In this document: in pieces, positions 39,107 through 52,362 of the stretch | How the letters are laid out: each line of letters opens with the position of its first letter | Numbering within the stretch: the first letter of the stretch is position 1 | Source of the DNA: Octopus vulgaris | Lineage: Eukaryota | Reading direction: 5' to 3' | DNA: 64,000 nt | NCBI GenBank assembly: GCA_951406725.2 | Contig: OX597825.1 | Span: 11,098,001 to 11,162,000, forward strand | Position numbers and translations under genes: made by a program | The notes under the pieces: generated by a model | Databases searched by the model: none | What the model was told of the DNA's origin: nothing | Seen by the model: only the letters and a program-made list of their open reading frames with translations

Positions 39107-39370
39107 AGCCTCGCCTGGCCTCTGTGCCGGTGGCATGTAAAAAGCACCATCCGATCGTGGCTGTTTGCCAGCCTCGTCTGGCACCTGTGCCGGTGGCACG
39201 TAAAAAGCACCCACTACGCTCATGGAGTGGTTGGTGTTAGGAAGGGCATCCAGCCGTAGAAACATTGCCAGATCAGACTGGGCCTGGTGCAGCCTTCTTG
39301 CTTCCCAGACCCCAGTTGAACCGTCCAACCCATGCCAGCATGGAAAGCGGATGCTAAACGATGATGATGA
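39107..39370 (+). mobile_element. Family C element
   Basis: Two units, core, (GAT)n tail. Confidence 0.9.
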
Positions 39371-39479
39371 TATGTGTGTGTGTGTATGTAAATTTGTATG
39401 TACATGTACAACCATCATATATATTTGCATATATGTGTTTATATACATGTACACACATATGCACACATATTTTGGTGGG

Positions 39480-40900
39480 GCATGTTTTCTCGATTACCAA
39501 ATTCCTTACCACTTTCTCCTATGTCTTCCTCGGTCTTGTCTCAGAGGTTCCTTTCACTTGAGCTACCTGGTATTTCTTTACCCAACTGTCAACTTGCTCA
39601 TGCTGTCCATATTGTTATTACCACATATTCTTGTCATTTGCACACTCCGTCTTTCTCATGCCTAATTTTTCTATCAACTGTGCTCCATCATGTATGCACA
39701 CTGTTCTGCATTCAGTAGTGCCTGCTCACCTTATTTCTTTTTTCTCTTTGCACTTCTGCTGTCATTTCCAATATTTCATCATTATCTAACTTGTATTTTG
39801 TACACAATAGCCCATACAATCTGTCCTTTCTCTCAGAGCAAGAATCTTAATGTCAGCAGAAGTTATACCTATTTCTTTACTGCCCACAAGGGGCTACACA
39901 CAGAAGGGACAAACAAGAACAGACAAAGCGATTAAGTCGATTACATCGATCCCAGTGTGTAACTGGTACTTAATTTATCGACCCCAAAAGGATGAAAGGC
40001 AAAGTCGACCTCAGCGGAATTTGAACTCAGAACATAGCGGCAGACGAAATACGGCTACGCATTTCGCCCAGCGTGCTAACGATTCTGCCAGCTCACCACA
40101 CAGAAGTTATACCTTCCTGAACTTTGTCTATTCTGATATTACTTTGGCTGCTGTATTTCCAAAGTATTTTCCTGCACTGCTAATTTGGTCACTTAGGTAA
40201 TGGAAGCAATCAACTATTTGTAGGGAGCCTGGTGGGTATTGGACTTGAGTTTAAGTGTTGGGTGTTCTAACTGTAAGCTACATCTGCATATCTGCTACAT
40301 GTAAGCTACACCTGCACATCTGCTACATGTCTGTGCCCCCACTGCTTCTCTGAGCCCATTGTTTACATTGGGTATATGTTGTAGCATTCTACTTATTCCT
40401 TTTCAGCATATTGAATATAACTACTTTTGAGATGACAGTAGGGTCATATCTTTTCCCCTACAAACTGAATCTTTTGTCCTTATTAATTTAACTTCCGAGA
40501 CTTCTTCATTCTAGGCTTTGCTTTCACATTTGGAATTTTTAAAATTCTTGAACAAATCCTGTTGTAAGAACTAGGTCATTGGTATACAAAAGTTCCAATG
40601 AACAACTGGTGTTAAATTCTTCCATTATGACCTGGAGAACTATAATAAACAGGAAGTGATGAAGAAACAAGCCTGGTACCTATCTATCTGCATGCCAAAT
40701 TTCTCAGTGAACTCATTACTAAGGCTCATCTTGCTGACAGCATCTCTGTATATAGCTTGCATGGTTCTCACAAGGCAATCTATGTCTCATTTTCATAGAG
40801 TTGCAAAAATACAAAGCTTAGCACCCTATCAGAGTCCTTTTCCATATCAAAGAATGCTATATATAGTGGCTTCCTTGTATGTTTTATTTATATTCTTATA
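39480..40900 (-). mobile_element. Decayed RTE LINE fragment
   Basis: Similarity to 24940-25620; minus-strand RT motif ELLYTNDLVL near 40600. Confidence 0.65.
39871..40100 (-). mobile_element. Meta-domain SINE (A1) with 14-bp TSD inside the RTE remnant
   Basis: cagaagttatacct at 39857-39870 and 40101-40114. Confidence 0.93.
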
Positions 40901-41082
40901 ATATTAATGTAGGATATAGAATATAGAATATATAGTAAGAAAGAAATGAAATGAAGTATTGATTGTCTTATTGAACAAATCAAATATTGAAAATTTAATA
41001 TTAAATGTCTATTCTCATTGAACTAGTGTACTTTCTTGCATATAAGCATTCATCAGGTTCAGATTGTGACAGGAACGCTTCA

Positions 41083-41114
<32 letters not shown>

Positions 41115-41667
41115 CTAGAAGTATAACCCAGCTTTGCCCGGGATTAAGTTAGGATTATTAAGCAAATCGAGTTCTTTGTTTCAAACCAAACTAAGTAATA
41201 TCGATGTCAAATTTGAGAGAAATCCGTTGAAATTGGTTTATATATATATATGGGCAACACACACACGTATCTACATACACCTATTGCATATATGTCTTTT
41301 GTACGCATACATGTTCGTGTGAGTATTTGTGTGTGTTGCCCATATATCAACAAAACACTTTTTTCCTCGATGGAAAAAAAAACAACAAAAGTCTTAACAG
41401 AAACTTACTTGTCACTAGAAGGGGACTTAACTCCTGTTTGTAAACAATGGTGATTCTCCAACTTCAAAATTGTTAAAAGTTTTGGTTGGAAATTTATATT
41501 TACTGCTATTCGCTGGTGCCTCTGGGAAAAATAAGTTGATGAAAATACAGCTAGGAGCATGACAAATGTCCTCCTAAAATTTGAGCGACATGCGTGCTAG
41601 TTTGTGGACGTACATAAATTACATTCGCGTACACACACACACACATCCTGCCTTTTATATATACAGA
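41115..41667 (-). mobile_element. Non-autonomous Helitron
   Basis: A|TCTGTATATATAAAAG 5' end, hairpin cccgggcaaagctggg, CTAG|T. Confidence 0.75.
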
Positions 41668-41754
41668 TATATATATGTATATGTATATTTATATATATGT
41701 ATATATGTATATGTATATTTATATATATATGTATATATGTATATGTATATATTT

Positions 41755-43655
41755 ATTGATTGCTTCAAGGTCTGCTGTTAAATTTACACTGGTGGATGAC
41801 CATATCTGTGGGCAGTAATCCAGGTGGCTGAGAACGAATTTCTGCCAGAGGTCCCTCACTGATTCAGGCTCTGGGATTGAAATTCCCTGTAGACCAGTAT
41901 ACCCTGTAAGTTTCATATTCAGTTTTGGATGCTGGTAGAGCAGGGCTTGGAAATTTTCAGCATTAAACTGCACATTATTATCCTCAGCCCATCTGTAAAT
42001 TGAGTCCGACTCCTGCTGCAGGTGTGCAACATTGCTGGGGTTCTGTATTTTCTGCAATACTTTCATATCTGCATATTTTGCAAGGGTGGCTATCCAGGCT
42101 GGTCCCATGACAGTGCTCTGTGGAACACCGCTCACTATTTGTGTATTCATAGAGGTGGCTCCATTAGCCACTACTGCCTGACTCCTATCTTTCAGAAAGT
42201 CATGTAACCACTCTCCAAGTTTTCCAGCTATGCCAAGATCATGCAGTTTGTGCCATACCATATCATGATCCACCTTGTCAAAAGCTTTTGTAAAATCAAG
42301 GTATATTACATACACATGTGATTTGTTGAGTAACTGCCTCAACACCCAGTCATAATGTTATAAGAGTTGGGTCAGGCAGCTCCTACATGGTCGAAAGCCA
42401 TGCTAGGTATCACTCAGCAAGTTATTTTCTTCAAGGAATGCAATTAGTTTCCCTCTGACTATCCGGTCCATGACTTTGCTGATGTGTGAAGTCAGAGAGA
42501 CAGGCCTATAGTTTTTGGCATCTGCTCTGCTTCATCCTTTATGGATTGGGTATATTATTCTCTCCTTCAGCTTGCTTGGCAGTTTGCCATTTGCAAGAAA
42601 GCTCTGGAAGAGAATCTGGAGAGGTTTTGCCAGGGCATGCTTACACGATTTGAGGAGGATTGCTGGGAGACCATGAGGACCAGCAGTTGAGTTTGTGTCA
42701 ACTTCATCTATGGCTAGTAGTATATCTTCTTCGCTAATGTCAATGCATTCCATTGTAACTGCCTTGCTGGTTATAGGTGAGGTGGCAAAGAAGTCCACTG
42801 GTTCGTTCAGTTGTCTGTGTTCCAACAGGGTGGTAAAGGCACTTTTGAACTGGTCATTCAGTATCTCACTGATCTTAGTTGAACTGTCTGTGAGGGAGCC
42901 ATCCTTTTGGAGGAAGGGTCCTATCTTGCAGTGTACTGAGGCTGTTTCTTTCGCGTAATGAAAGAAGGCCTTTGGGTTTGACTTAATGTTTTTTATAACC
43001 CAGGCTTCTTTGTCTGCTTTCCCCTTCACATAGGATTGTTGCAGCCTTTTTTCGACCTCCATCAGTGTTGTTTTTAGGTGGGACCTTTCGATGCTTTTGG
43101 GATGTTGGTTGAGTCGATTTGCAACCTTCATCTGTCATCTCATGTTTTGGCCTTGTACTCTGGGACATATTTCTGGCATATGGCTTGCACAACAGACATG
43201 AAACATTCTAGTTTCATGTGAATGTCCGGTGTGGAGAGACATTTTGACCAGTCCTCTCAGAGGATCTCTTTTTTGATCGATTTCCAGTCTGTTTTGTAGA
43301 ATTTCAGATTGGAGAGATTTTGGGTGCTTCCTTTAGGCTGTATGTCTCTGGTTACTTTCGGCCCAAACATAGACAGCTCTATTATGTTGTGATCTGAGAC
43401 TAATGTCAGCGTCACTTTCACATCATGAATGATGTCCATATTGTTCGTGAAGCAGAGATCCAGAATGTTATTCACCCTAGTTGGTCTGAGTACAGCTTGC
43501 TCCATGAATAGGGCATTGGTATGGTTGAGCAGGGACTCCACCTGTGCTTGCTTGCAATGAGTCATTCCTGAGAGTATGAGACCTTTAGGCCATTTAACAT
43601 TGGGGAAGTTGAAATCACCCATAAGAAATATGGTCATGTGATATTCCAGATTCAT
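41755..43655 (-). mobile_element. CR1-group LINE ORF2 pseudogene (APE endonuclease end to post-RT), inverted segment
   Basis: MGDFNFPNVKW, PTRVNNILDL, SDHNII (endonuclease); NPKAFFHY; YLDFTKAFDKVDH, GVPQS, YADM (RT). Confidence 0.93.
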
Positions 43656-43937
43656 GAGGCTTCAGAGGTCCACAGCTCTTCAATATCCTCCCGAAGGACC
43701 TGAGACACCTGCATGGGTGGATGTAGGTGTCTTGAAAATAAAGCTGGACCTCAGGTGTCCCAGATGAACCAACTTCGCAGCTGGAGGTGCAGATGAGGGC
43801 AGCTGCATCAAACTCTCTCATGCACCAAATATCAATTGCTAAAAAGCATTTGTGAAGTAAAATTATGTCAGAACACCAAATGGCGGTGCCTCAGCATGGC
43901 CACAGCTCATGAGCTGAAACTAGATGAAAGAAAAAAA
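43656..43937 (+). mobile_element. 3' end of the same type of CR1-group LINE, opposite orientation
   Basis: GFRGPQLFNILPKDLRHLHG...VPDEP, 3'UTR ggcggtgcctcagcatggccacagc, A-rich end. Confidence 0.9.
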
Positions 43938-44146
43938 TGTATATATATATATATATATGCCATGTTGGCTGCAGTTTCTAGCATGTAAAAATTACCTGTG
44001 AAAGGGTAGTTTTCTTTTGTGTTTAACTGTACACTATTTTAAAATATGAATATGTTGTCTGTTGACTATTTATACATGCTAGGCCACTGGTGGTGATATT
44101 TATATCGAATATTCGCTACCCTATATATGTATCGTATATATATATA

Positions 44147-44527
44147 TGTGGAGGCACAGTGGCCAGTGGTTAGGGCATCAAACTAGCGGTCGTAGGATCG
44201 TGGTTTCGATTCTCAGACTGAGCATTGTGAGAGTTTATTGAGCGAAAGCACCTAAAGCTCCACGAGGCTCCGGCAGGGTGTGCTGGTGAACCCTGCTGTA
44301 CTCTTTCACCACAACTTTCTCTCACTCTTTCTCCCTGTTTCTGTTGTATCTGTATTTCAAAGGGCCAGCCTTGTCACGCTCTGTGTCATGCTGAATCTCC
44401 CTGAGAACTACATTAAGGATACATGTGTTTGTAGAGTGCTCAGCCACTTGCATGTTTATTTTACAAGCAGGTTGTTCCGTTGATCAGATCAACTGGAACC
44501 CTCATCATTGTAACTGATGGAGTGCCA
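44147..44527 (+). mobile_element. tRNA-derived SINE (family D), tail type 2
   Basis: Head colinear with the 10546 copy, unrelated 3' half, TA flanks. Confidence 0.8.
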
Positions 44528-44528
44528 T

Positions 44529-44564
<36 letters not shown>

Positions 44565-44566
<2 letters not shown>

Positions 44567-44966
44567 GCATGATCGTTACCAGTGTCACCTTACTGGCACT
44601 CGAGCCCCGTGCTAGTAGGGTATTAAGAGCACCATCTGAGCGTGATCATTGTCAGAGTGGCTATCTATGAACGTAAAAGACACCATTTGAGCATGATCAT
44701 TACCACATCGCCTTACTGGCACCTATGCCGGTGGCATGTGTAAAAGATTCGAGCGAGGTCATTGCCAGTACCACCCGACTGGCCCCGTGCCAGTGGCACC
44801 TAAAAAGCACCCACTATACTCTCGAAGTGGTTGGCATTAGGAAGGGCATCCAGCTGTAGAAACTCTGCCAGATCAAGATTGAAGCCTGGTGCAGCCATAT
44901 GGTTTGCCAGCCCTCAGTCAAATCGTCCAAGCCATGCTAGCATGGAAAGCAGATGTTAAACGATAA

Positions 44967-44970
<4 letters not shown>
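44565..44970 (+). mobile_element. Family C element with diverged tandem units
   Basis: Repeated gagc.tgatc.tt.cca units, core, gat tail. Confidence 0.88.
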
Positions 44971-45019
<49 letters not shown>

Positions 45020-45334
45020 TACACTCTCACACCACACAAACACCTTGCATAAATACATATGTATATATTTTATCTTATAGATTATACATAGATCAACAAC
45101 AACCTTCCGAATTATACTGGTTATGGCAGCAATATTTCTCGAGTAAATATAATATTGAATTTTTTCAGATTGGGTTTTCTATTAAATATTTACTTGATGC
45201 TGAACTTTCATGTGTTGTTTTCCAGTATTATTATTTAGTTGTAAATCCACCATGTGTTTTATGATGGAGCCTTTATTTTGAGAGAATAAAGTTAGCTTTC
45301 CTTTCCTTTTTTTATTTTTTTCTTATTTATTCAG

Positions 45335-45399
45335 TGATATTTGAAACACTGGAGAACATCTGGAGGATTGTTGATTTATCAGAAGATTATACCACAAAG
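45335..45399 (+). other. Possible 65-nt internal exon
   Basis: Long polypyrimidine tract plus ttcag acceptor, open frame IFETLENIWRIVDLSEDYTTK, weak donor aag|gtttca. Confidence 0.25.
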
Positions 45400-46333
45400 G
45401 TTTCACACATTGTGTAATCTTCAATTTACTACATTTGTGATACTAAACCAATCCATCTCATACTCCACTTTTCTAATATATTATTCAGAATTCTTAAAAT
45501 ATTATGCACAATGGAAACCCAAAATTGTTTAATATGCATCAGTTGTTATAAATTATATGCTTAATTTAGCGTAAAAATAATTTTTTCTATATGATCATTA
45601 TACAACTCCTCTCCATGCAGATGAATTACACATGAGACTATGTGGATGAAACATCAATCTGTTGGTTTCTTTTTATTTCATATATTTGTATCCTAATTGT
45701 AGTCTTTGCACTTATTATGTGTGCTTGAGTTGACAATATCTATTACTGTATTTCCCTCTGGATAACATTGTCAAAGCAATAAGGTCATACTAAGGACTGA
45801 GTGGTATAATGTCTCTTTGATGACCAGTCGAGGTTTGTCTGATGGGAGTGAATGCATTTTGCTGAACTAGACACGGGGAAATGCATTATCCATTCATGTT
45901 CTTGTGCATTTATTTGTGTACGCATTGCACATGCACACAAACACACGCACTCACACACACTTTCTCTCAATTTATGATGTATGTATGTTTATGTATATGA
46001 CTATATAATATTTAAAGTAAATGGATTTCATGTTGGTTTCAATCCCATGCAATAGGAAAATAACCTAGCTTGTGACATGGCTATTCCTTTGAGGTATATA
46101 TATACAATCCAGCCTATTCCTTTGAGATATGTATAGTCCACATGTGGGTGTATATCAATTTGTTGTAAGTTGAATTTTCGCAAATTATTAAGTTAAATTT
46201 CTCATTTCCAATCTTTAGATGATTCTATGAAATTGAAAAAAATTGTAAATAAAATGTATGCAGATTTTGAATAAAATGGCATGCATTGAGAAAATGTAAT
46301 GGTAAATATTTGAAAGATATTAATATTCCTTTA

Positions 46334-46530
46334 CGGAGATGTACTTGCATAGCAAGTGATCTGATCTGAGATCGTGTGCTGAAACGAAAACAATTGCAGC
46401 GTGGAAGGTGTTTGTAAGCCATTTAAGAAACACACAAAAGCCGTTCGATTCACTTCAACATTTAAGTTTAATTTGTCAAAATATTTTCGTCGCTTTAAGA
46501 CTGCGACCTGTTCACTGACAAAAATCCGTG
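46334..46530 (-). mobile_element. Short hammerhead-bearing element, probably derived from a Penelope pLTR, with 14-bp TSD-like repeat
   Basis: ttaatattcYttta at 46320-46333 and 46531-46544; CpG-rich interior. Confidence 0.7.
46472..46522 (-). ncRNA. Minimal type-I hammerhead ribozyme variant (G3/C8 core)
   Basis: Minus strand UUUGUCA GUGAACA G GUCGC AGUCUUAAA GCGAC GAA AAUAUU U UGACAAA: 7-bp stem I, 5-bp stem II, GAAA, palindromic stem III. Confidence 0.65.
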
Positions 46531-47208
46531 TTAATATTCTTTTAATTGTACTAATATTATAAAACTATCTTATACATAGATAAATTAGTTCTGAGGTCAA
46601 TTAGTTCAATTAAATCATTCAAAGCAATACTCCAGTATTGGCTGAAACAAATAAAAGGTATGTTTTTTTTCTTCTTTTTTTTTTGTAACAAAGCTGTTAG
46701 AATTCGGATTTTGGGAGCAGGGGAGCTTTCATGCTGTTTCTGTCCATCAAATTTCATTCAAGGTATTAATCACTTCAAGTCTAGAGTAAAAGAGTAGCTA
46801 AAGGTGTTACTTGGTGGGACCTAACAAAGAATCATATGATTACAAAGCAAACATTTTAACTATAGAGCCATGCCTGCCCTTATATTACTAATACATCGGT
46901 CAACTGCTATACTTCATTCACTGGAACTGTAGATTCAAAACTAGCCATATGACTTTTCTCTGCTATGAATATAAGGATGTAACGCTACATGTTAAGATTT
47001 GCTCAGGCTTAACCAACACAGTTGTACAGCAGCAGAATAATATTATAGGTAGATTAGGTCTTTGATTTCATTTCATAGTTAAGATTGTTTACTTTTTTGG
47101 TGTAGAGTGAGAAATAATAGATACCAACTCTTGAGCTAGAAGAGGTGAAAAATGTATGACAAGAGCTGCAGCTTTCAGAGAGTTTGTCTCCCAAGACTTC
47201 ACATTTAA

Positions 47209-47429
47209 CCCTTTGGTGTTTAAGCCGGCCATATCCGGCCCAAATATCCAACATGTTTTACATTCAAACTGGCCATATCTAGCCCCTTACACCTAACCTA
47301 CATTGACATTCTAAGAATAAACTATCACACCATCGAAACTTCAAAGCTGTAAGATAATGTATGATTAATTGGAAACAATTTGAGTGAAAAAAGTATTACA
47401 TTTAACAGATTAAGCTGAACACTAAAGGG
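47209..47429 (-). mobile_element. piggyBac-type MITE (221 bp)
   Basis: TTAA flanks, CCCTTT/AAAGGG ends; reverse complement of the 13251 family. Confidence 0.88.
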
Positions 47430-47479
47430 TTAATACTACACATGTGGACTTGTACACTATTTAAAGAATCAATTTTGAA

Positions 47480-47760
47480 AGTGATTATACATGTCATGGT
47501 TTTCTCTGTGTGTGTGTTGAGAGAAAAATTGGACATAAGAGGCTTTAAATGTAGTGTGCAAGAGAGAAGACTGTACATAGTATGGTCGTATGATGCACAT
47601 GCATGAGGACAGCTGCATAAAGAAGTGCTGATTGCCAAATGTGGACAGAACCTGTGGAAGAGGAAGATCCAGGAAGACAGGGGATTAAATGGTGAAGAAT
47701 GATCTCCTGATGTTGAGCCTCATGGAGGAGATCATAAAGGATTAAGATATGACTGGCAGT
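47480..47760 (+). mobile_element. RTE LINE 3' fragment
   Basis: LREKLDIRGFKCSVQERRL and GRGRSRKT motifs. Confidence 0.7.
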
Positions 47761-47974
47761 TTGCTGTGACTAACTTACCCACTCATAACACTCCTCTTTA
47801 TTCACTTTTTTGTAACCTGAGTCTTCACCACCATCCTCCATCTCTTCCAACTGGGTAACCATGTATCTCTCCTATAAACAAGATACCTGTTCCTGTCCTT
47901 CTTTCATACTTTAGCATCTCATCACCTGGCATACATAATACTACCTCACTCAATACTACTCCACCCACCCCAGT

Positions 47975-48203
47975 TGAAGGGTCTTGACATGTCTTGTGAG
48001 TTACTTGGAAACCTTACTAGTGTCAGTACCACATATAAAGCACCCAGTTCACTGTAAAGTGGTTGGGATTAGGAAGGGCATCCAACCATAGAACCCATAC
48101 TAAAGCAGATATTGGAGCTTGGTGCATTTCTCTAGCTCACCAGCCCCTGTTGAGCCACCCAACCCATGCTTGTGTAGAAAACGTGTTAAATGATAATAAT
48201 GAT
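47975..48203 (+). mobile_element. Older family C copy
   Basis: Core and ccaacccatgc tail. Confidence 0.7.
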
Positions 48204-48729
48204 TGTGTGTATGAGGTTAGAAGTATATAGGAGTGGAAATAGTCTGAGATGAACACAGGTAGCCTTTTACTGTCTGTCTTCTAGTAATACTTCTTGCATT
48301 ATCACTCTCATTTTTCTCTCCAATTCCACATTATCATCCCAATCACTCTGCTGTCCCCTCCATCATCCTCTTGCTTCTTTCTTATTAGAAGAGCTAAATT
48401 AAATTAACTCGTACATACCTGGCTATGCACAAAAAATTGTGGTGCACCTGAGCACTGTTTACAATAATTTCATTATTATTATTATTATGATTTTGTCTTC
48501 TGTCCTCTTCTACTCTCTCTCTGTCTCTCTCCCCTTTTGATCTCATTGCCCTAAATGAATGGAGACAATACAGAGCAATTAAAGACTCCTTTTCTTTTCC
48601 AAGAAACAAAGCAACCTCAATAATGCAGGTGCTACAATAAAATGCATTATTTATACTCTGTAATGTGGTTGGTAAATGAGTGGAGACAACAGTGTTGAGA
48701 GGACCCTAATTGAAGGTGTGACAAACTTT

Positions 48730-48945
48730 CTATTGCTGATAGAGGTAGTGTTATGATAAAATGCACCGGGTGCCATTCTGTAAAGTGGTTGGTGTTAGGA
48801 AGGGTATTCAGGCATAGAAACCACGTCAAAATGTATGAACAATACACAGTCCCCTAGGAGAGTGGTAACTCCGATTAAGCACTGACTTGGATCGTGCTAC
48901 CCTTCCAATCAATGCTATCATGGAAAGTGAGCATAAAATGATGAT
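48730..48945 (+). mobile_element. Older family C copy
   Basis: gtaaagtggttggtgttaggaagggtattc core, gat tail. Confidence 0.6.
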
Positions 48946-50336
48946 ATTCACAATCACACACACATGTGTGTGTGTGAGTATTGGTTGATGCTGATATGAA
49001 CTGCAATTCAGTGAAAAAGTACTCCCAAATGTTACACAAGGAAAATAACATTTACACAAAGCTGAGTCTTTGAGTTACTTACTCATAATAGACATTCCTA
49101 GCATGGGCTACTTGTCAACCTAATTTAACTGTATGACTATTGAACACACAAAGCTTGTTATTCATGCTAAACTCAGGCTAGCTCTGATCAATCGGACTTA
49201 ATGTAAAGTAAGTTAATCTGCTAGCCAAACAAATATTTTATTTAGAAGTAAATCTAAGGACTCAATCCACTGATCCCTTTAAAAAATTTTTTTTTTCTTT
49301 TAGTTTTCCTTATGCTCATTTAATATTTAATTTTATGTACAGCATTTGTTTTAATATGTATATACTGATAAAGCTAGTTCCCAGAAAAAGAAACAAAAAG
49401 CACCCTTGTTCTCAGCAAAAATGTAAGAATAAGAAGTGATGTTGAAGTTATCTATATAAGATATTCGGGCATGTATTATTTATATGTTTGTAAATATTGT
49501 TTAGGTGAAAATAATTTCGTATCTTTATTTATTTATTTTTTTCCTGTATAAATACTCAATAGAAATCTTTATTTTCTATATGAAAAAATAAAACTGGTTT
49601 TACTGAAATATATAGATATGAATTTAGCGCATTTTCAACCCACCCTTATTATTTCCTGTGCGTGCGTGAATGAATGAAATCTAGTAAAAGCTCACATTTG
49701 GTTTCATGTGAAATATAAAATTGTAATTCCAAGGGAGATAATTCTTCCAGCAAGTTTTCGTTATTTTTCAATTAAGGTCATGTAATTAAAGAAAATAAAA
49801 AAAAAGCAAAAATAATTTAATTTACTTATTGCTTACAAAAATTACTTCAGTGATAAAACAGGAGCTCAAGTTAAAACAAAAATCTAGAGAAAATCAGAGA
49901 AAAATTGAAGCTTTATTACTTTAACAAAATATTCATTTAACAATTTTGTGATTTCCGAGGAAATTTGAACTGATTTAGTGAAATAACTAAATTATTCATT
50001 ATTTAGCTGTTGTTTCGAGCATAACTAAAGGTGCATATATAAATTATGAAAGATGGTTTTAATTTAAATAGAAACCCTTTAACACAAGCAGTATCAAACA
50101 AGCATAGGTGGTTTCAAATGGATTGGTATAAAAAATAAAAACATTAATAAGCTAAGTTGGGGCATTGTCTGAAAGGATATAATCAATTATACTCTGTACT
50201 TCACTAGTACTTATTTTATCAACCATAGAAGGAAGAAAGACAAATTTAATATGAGCAAGATTTGAAATCAAAATATAAAGGATCATAATCAAATACCACA
50301 CAAATCTACTGTTCTATCAATTCTCCCTGTCCACCT

Positions 50337-50590
50337 CATCATCATCATCATTATCATCATCATCGTTTAGCGTCCTGCACCAGGCCCAGTCTGATCTGGC
50401 AATGTTTCTATGGCTGGATACCCTTCCTAACGCCAACCACTCCATGAGTGTAGTGGGTGCTTTTTACGTGCCACCGGCACAGGTGCCAGACGGGGCTGGC
50501 AAACGGCCAAGATCGGATGGTGCTTTTTATGTGCCACTGGCATGAGGCCAGTCGGGGTGGCGCTTGCGACGGCCACGTTCAGATGGTTCT
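50337..50590 (-). mobile_element. Family C element with internal deletion
   Basis: Tail joined directly to ctgcaccagg; two units. Confidence 0.88.
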
Positions 50591-52141
50591 CATATAATAA
50601 AATATGATGGTAATAATAATACATAATATTACATGGAATAATGATAGATATCACTAATGCATAAAAGCATGTTGATGTTGTATTAAAAATAGAGAAATTA
50701 TTTTTCAAAAGGCCAGATGAAAATTTAAGCCAGTTCACATTGCACCTGCAAAGGATATCCTAAAAGCTGGGAGTTATTGCTCTCATTATACACATTAATA
50801 TTATCTCTTGCACTCTTACCACTGAAATGTAAAGTTAGACTTGCCTCTGTATTTGTCTATTCCTTCTATATGTGGAGAGAAGAGATTGTATACATACATA
50901 TATACATTACACACACACACACACACACTTTATATGATCGTTGTGACTCACTGTTATTGTTCTTCGTTATCAATCTGTTGTGTAAATATGTCCAGCCATG
51001 GAAAAAAAATTACCTTGCTTGGAAGCAAATGAGAGTTGGTAACAGGAAGGGAATCTGGCTGTAGAGAATTTGCCTTAATAAATTCATCTGACCTATGGGA
51101 AAGTGAAAGTAAAAACAATGATGCTATGTGTGTGCGTGCGTGTGTGTGTGTATCATCATCATCATCATCATCGATTAACGTCCGTTTTCCGCGCTAGCAC
51201 GGGTATATATATATATATATATATGCATACACACACACACACATGTACATACATACACTGGTTGTGGCATATATATATATTTACCCATTATTCATTTTAT
51301 CATAAAATAAAATGTTTTAGGTTTTGGTTAATGAAAATTTACAAGTTGATTGTTATATTTATTGACATTATTTTACATATATTTACAATTTAAAATGCCC
51401 ACCCTTTGCTTTTACCATAGCACTCAATCTTTTCTCAACTGGAATGCATGATGTATTATGTTTAAATAATGGGGAAAAGTATTTGCTGCATCCAGTGTAT
51501 ATAATATATATATATATATGAAATATAGACTGAATTTTTTAGGGTTGATTTTCTATAGCCAGATGTGATTTCTGTTCCCAATACTTCAGACAATCCTTCC
51601 TTTGAAGTGTAAACCTCTGAAGAAAAAACGGTTTCTGGTTGGCTACTCACAGGAAAACTGAATACCACAAGTGTGGAGAACAAAGAACAGCCCATTGTCA
51701 AACACTGTCATGATGATCCCTGAGAATTACATTCAGTATAGCAGTGAATAACCACTTTACAGATAGCAGTAGAGTCATATTGTTTACTTTCCTGCTTGCA
51801 AGAACTTTTGTCTTTACTTCAAGGCAGTGAATCAACAGAGTTGTTTTAGAGCATTGGAGAAATCACTTTGAGATATTTGTTCCAACTTTCTTTGCTCTGA
51901 ATTCAAATCTACCGAGATCAACTTCACTGTTTATCCTCTTGGGGTTGATAAAATGTACCAATCGAAGGTGGTGGATTGGCCAAACTGTAAGAATATTAGA
52001 CCAGATGCCTTGTGGAATTTGTTCTAATACTTTGTATTCTTAGTTCAAATTCCACAAGGGCCTATTTAATCCATCATTTGGACACCTGACACCTTGGATG
52101 CCTTTAACAGAGTCCATACTCTGGCCAGATATCTAGTTTAA

Positions 52142-52362
52142 CCCTTTAGTGTTCATCTTATTCTGCCAAAATTAATCCTTTTTTATCCACATTGTTTTGA
52201 ACTAATCATACATTATGTTGTAGCTTTGAGATTTTGATAAGGTAACTGTTAACTTTTAAAATGATATTGTAGGGTTGGTGTGAGAGACCAGATCTGGCCA
52301 GTTTGAACATAAAACAGGCAAGGTACTTTTGACCGGATATGGCCAGTTTAAAAGCTTAAGGG
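52142..52362 (+). mobile_element. piggyBac-type MITE (221 bp)
   Basis: TTAA flanks, same family as 13251. Confidence 0.88.

Noticed and set aside
40272-40331. Short tandem duplication (similar ones at 8265-8303, 13588-13640 and 46081-46130)
   Set aside because: Two-copy local slippage events with no further structure
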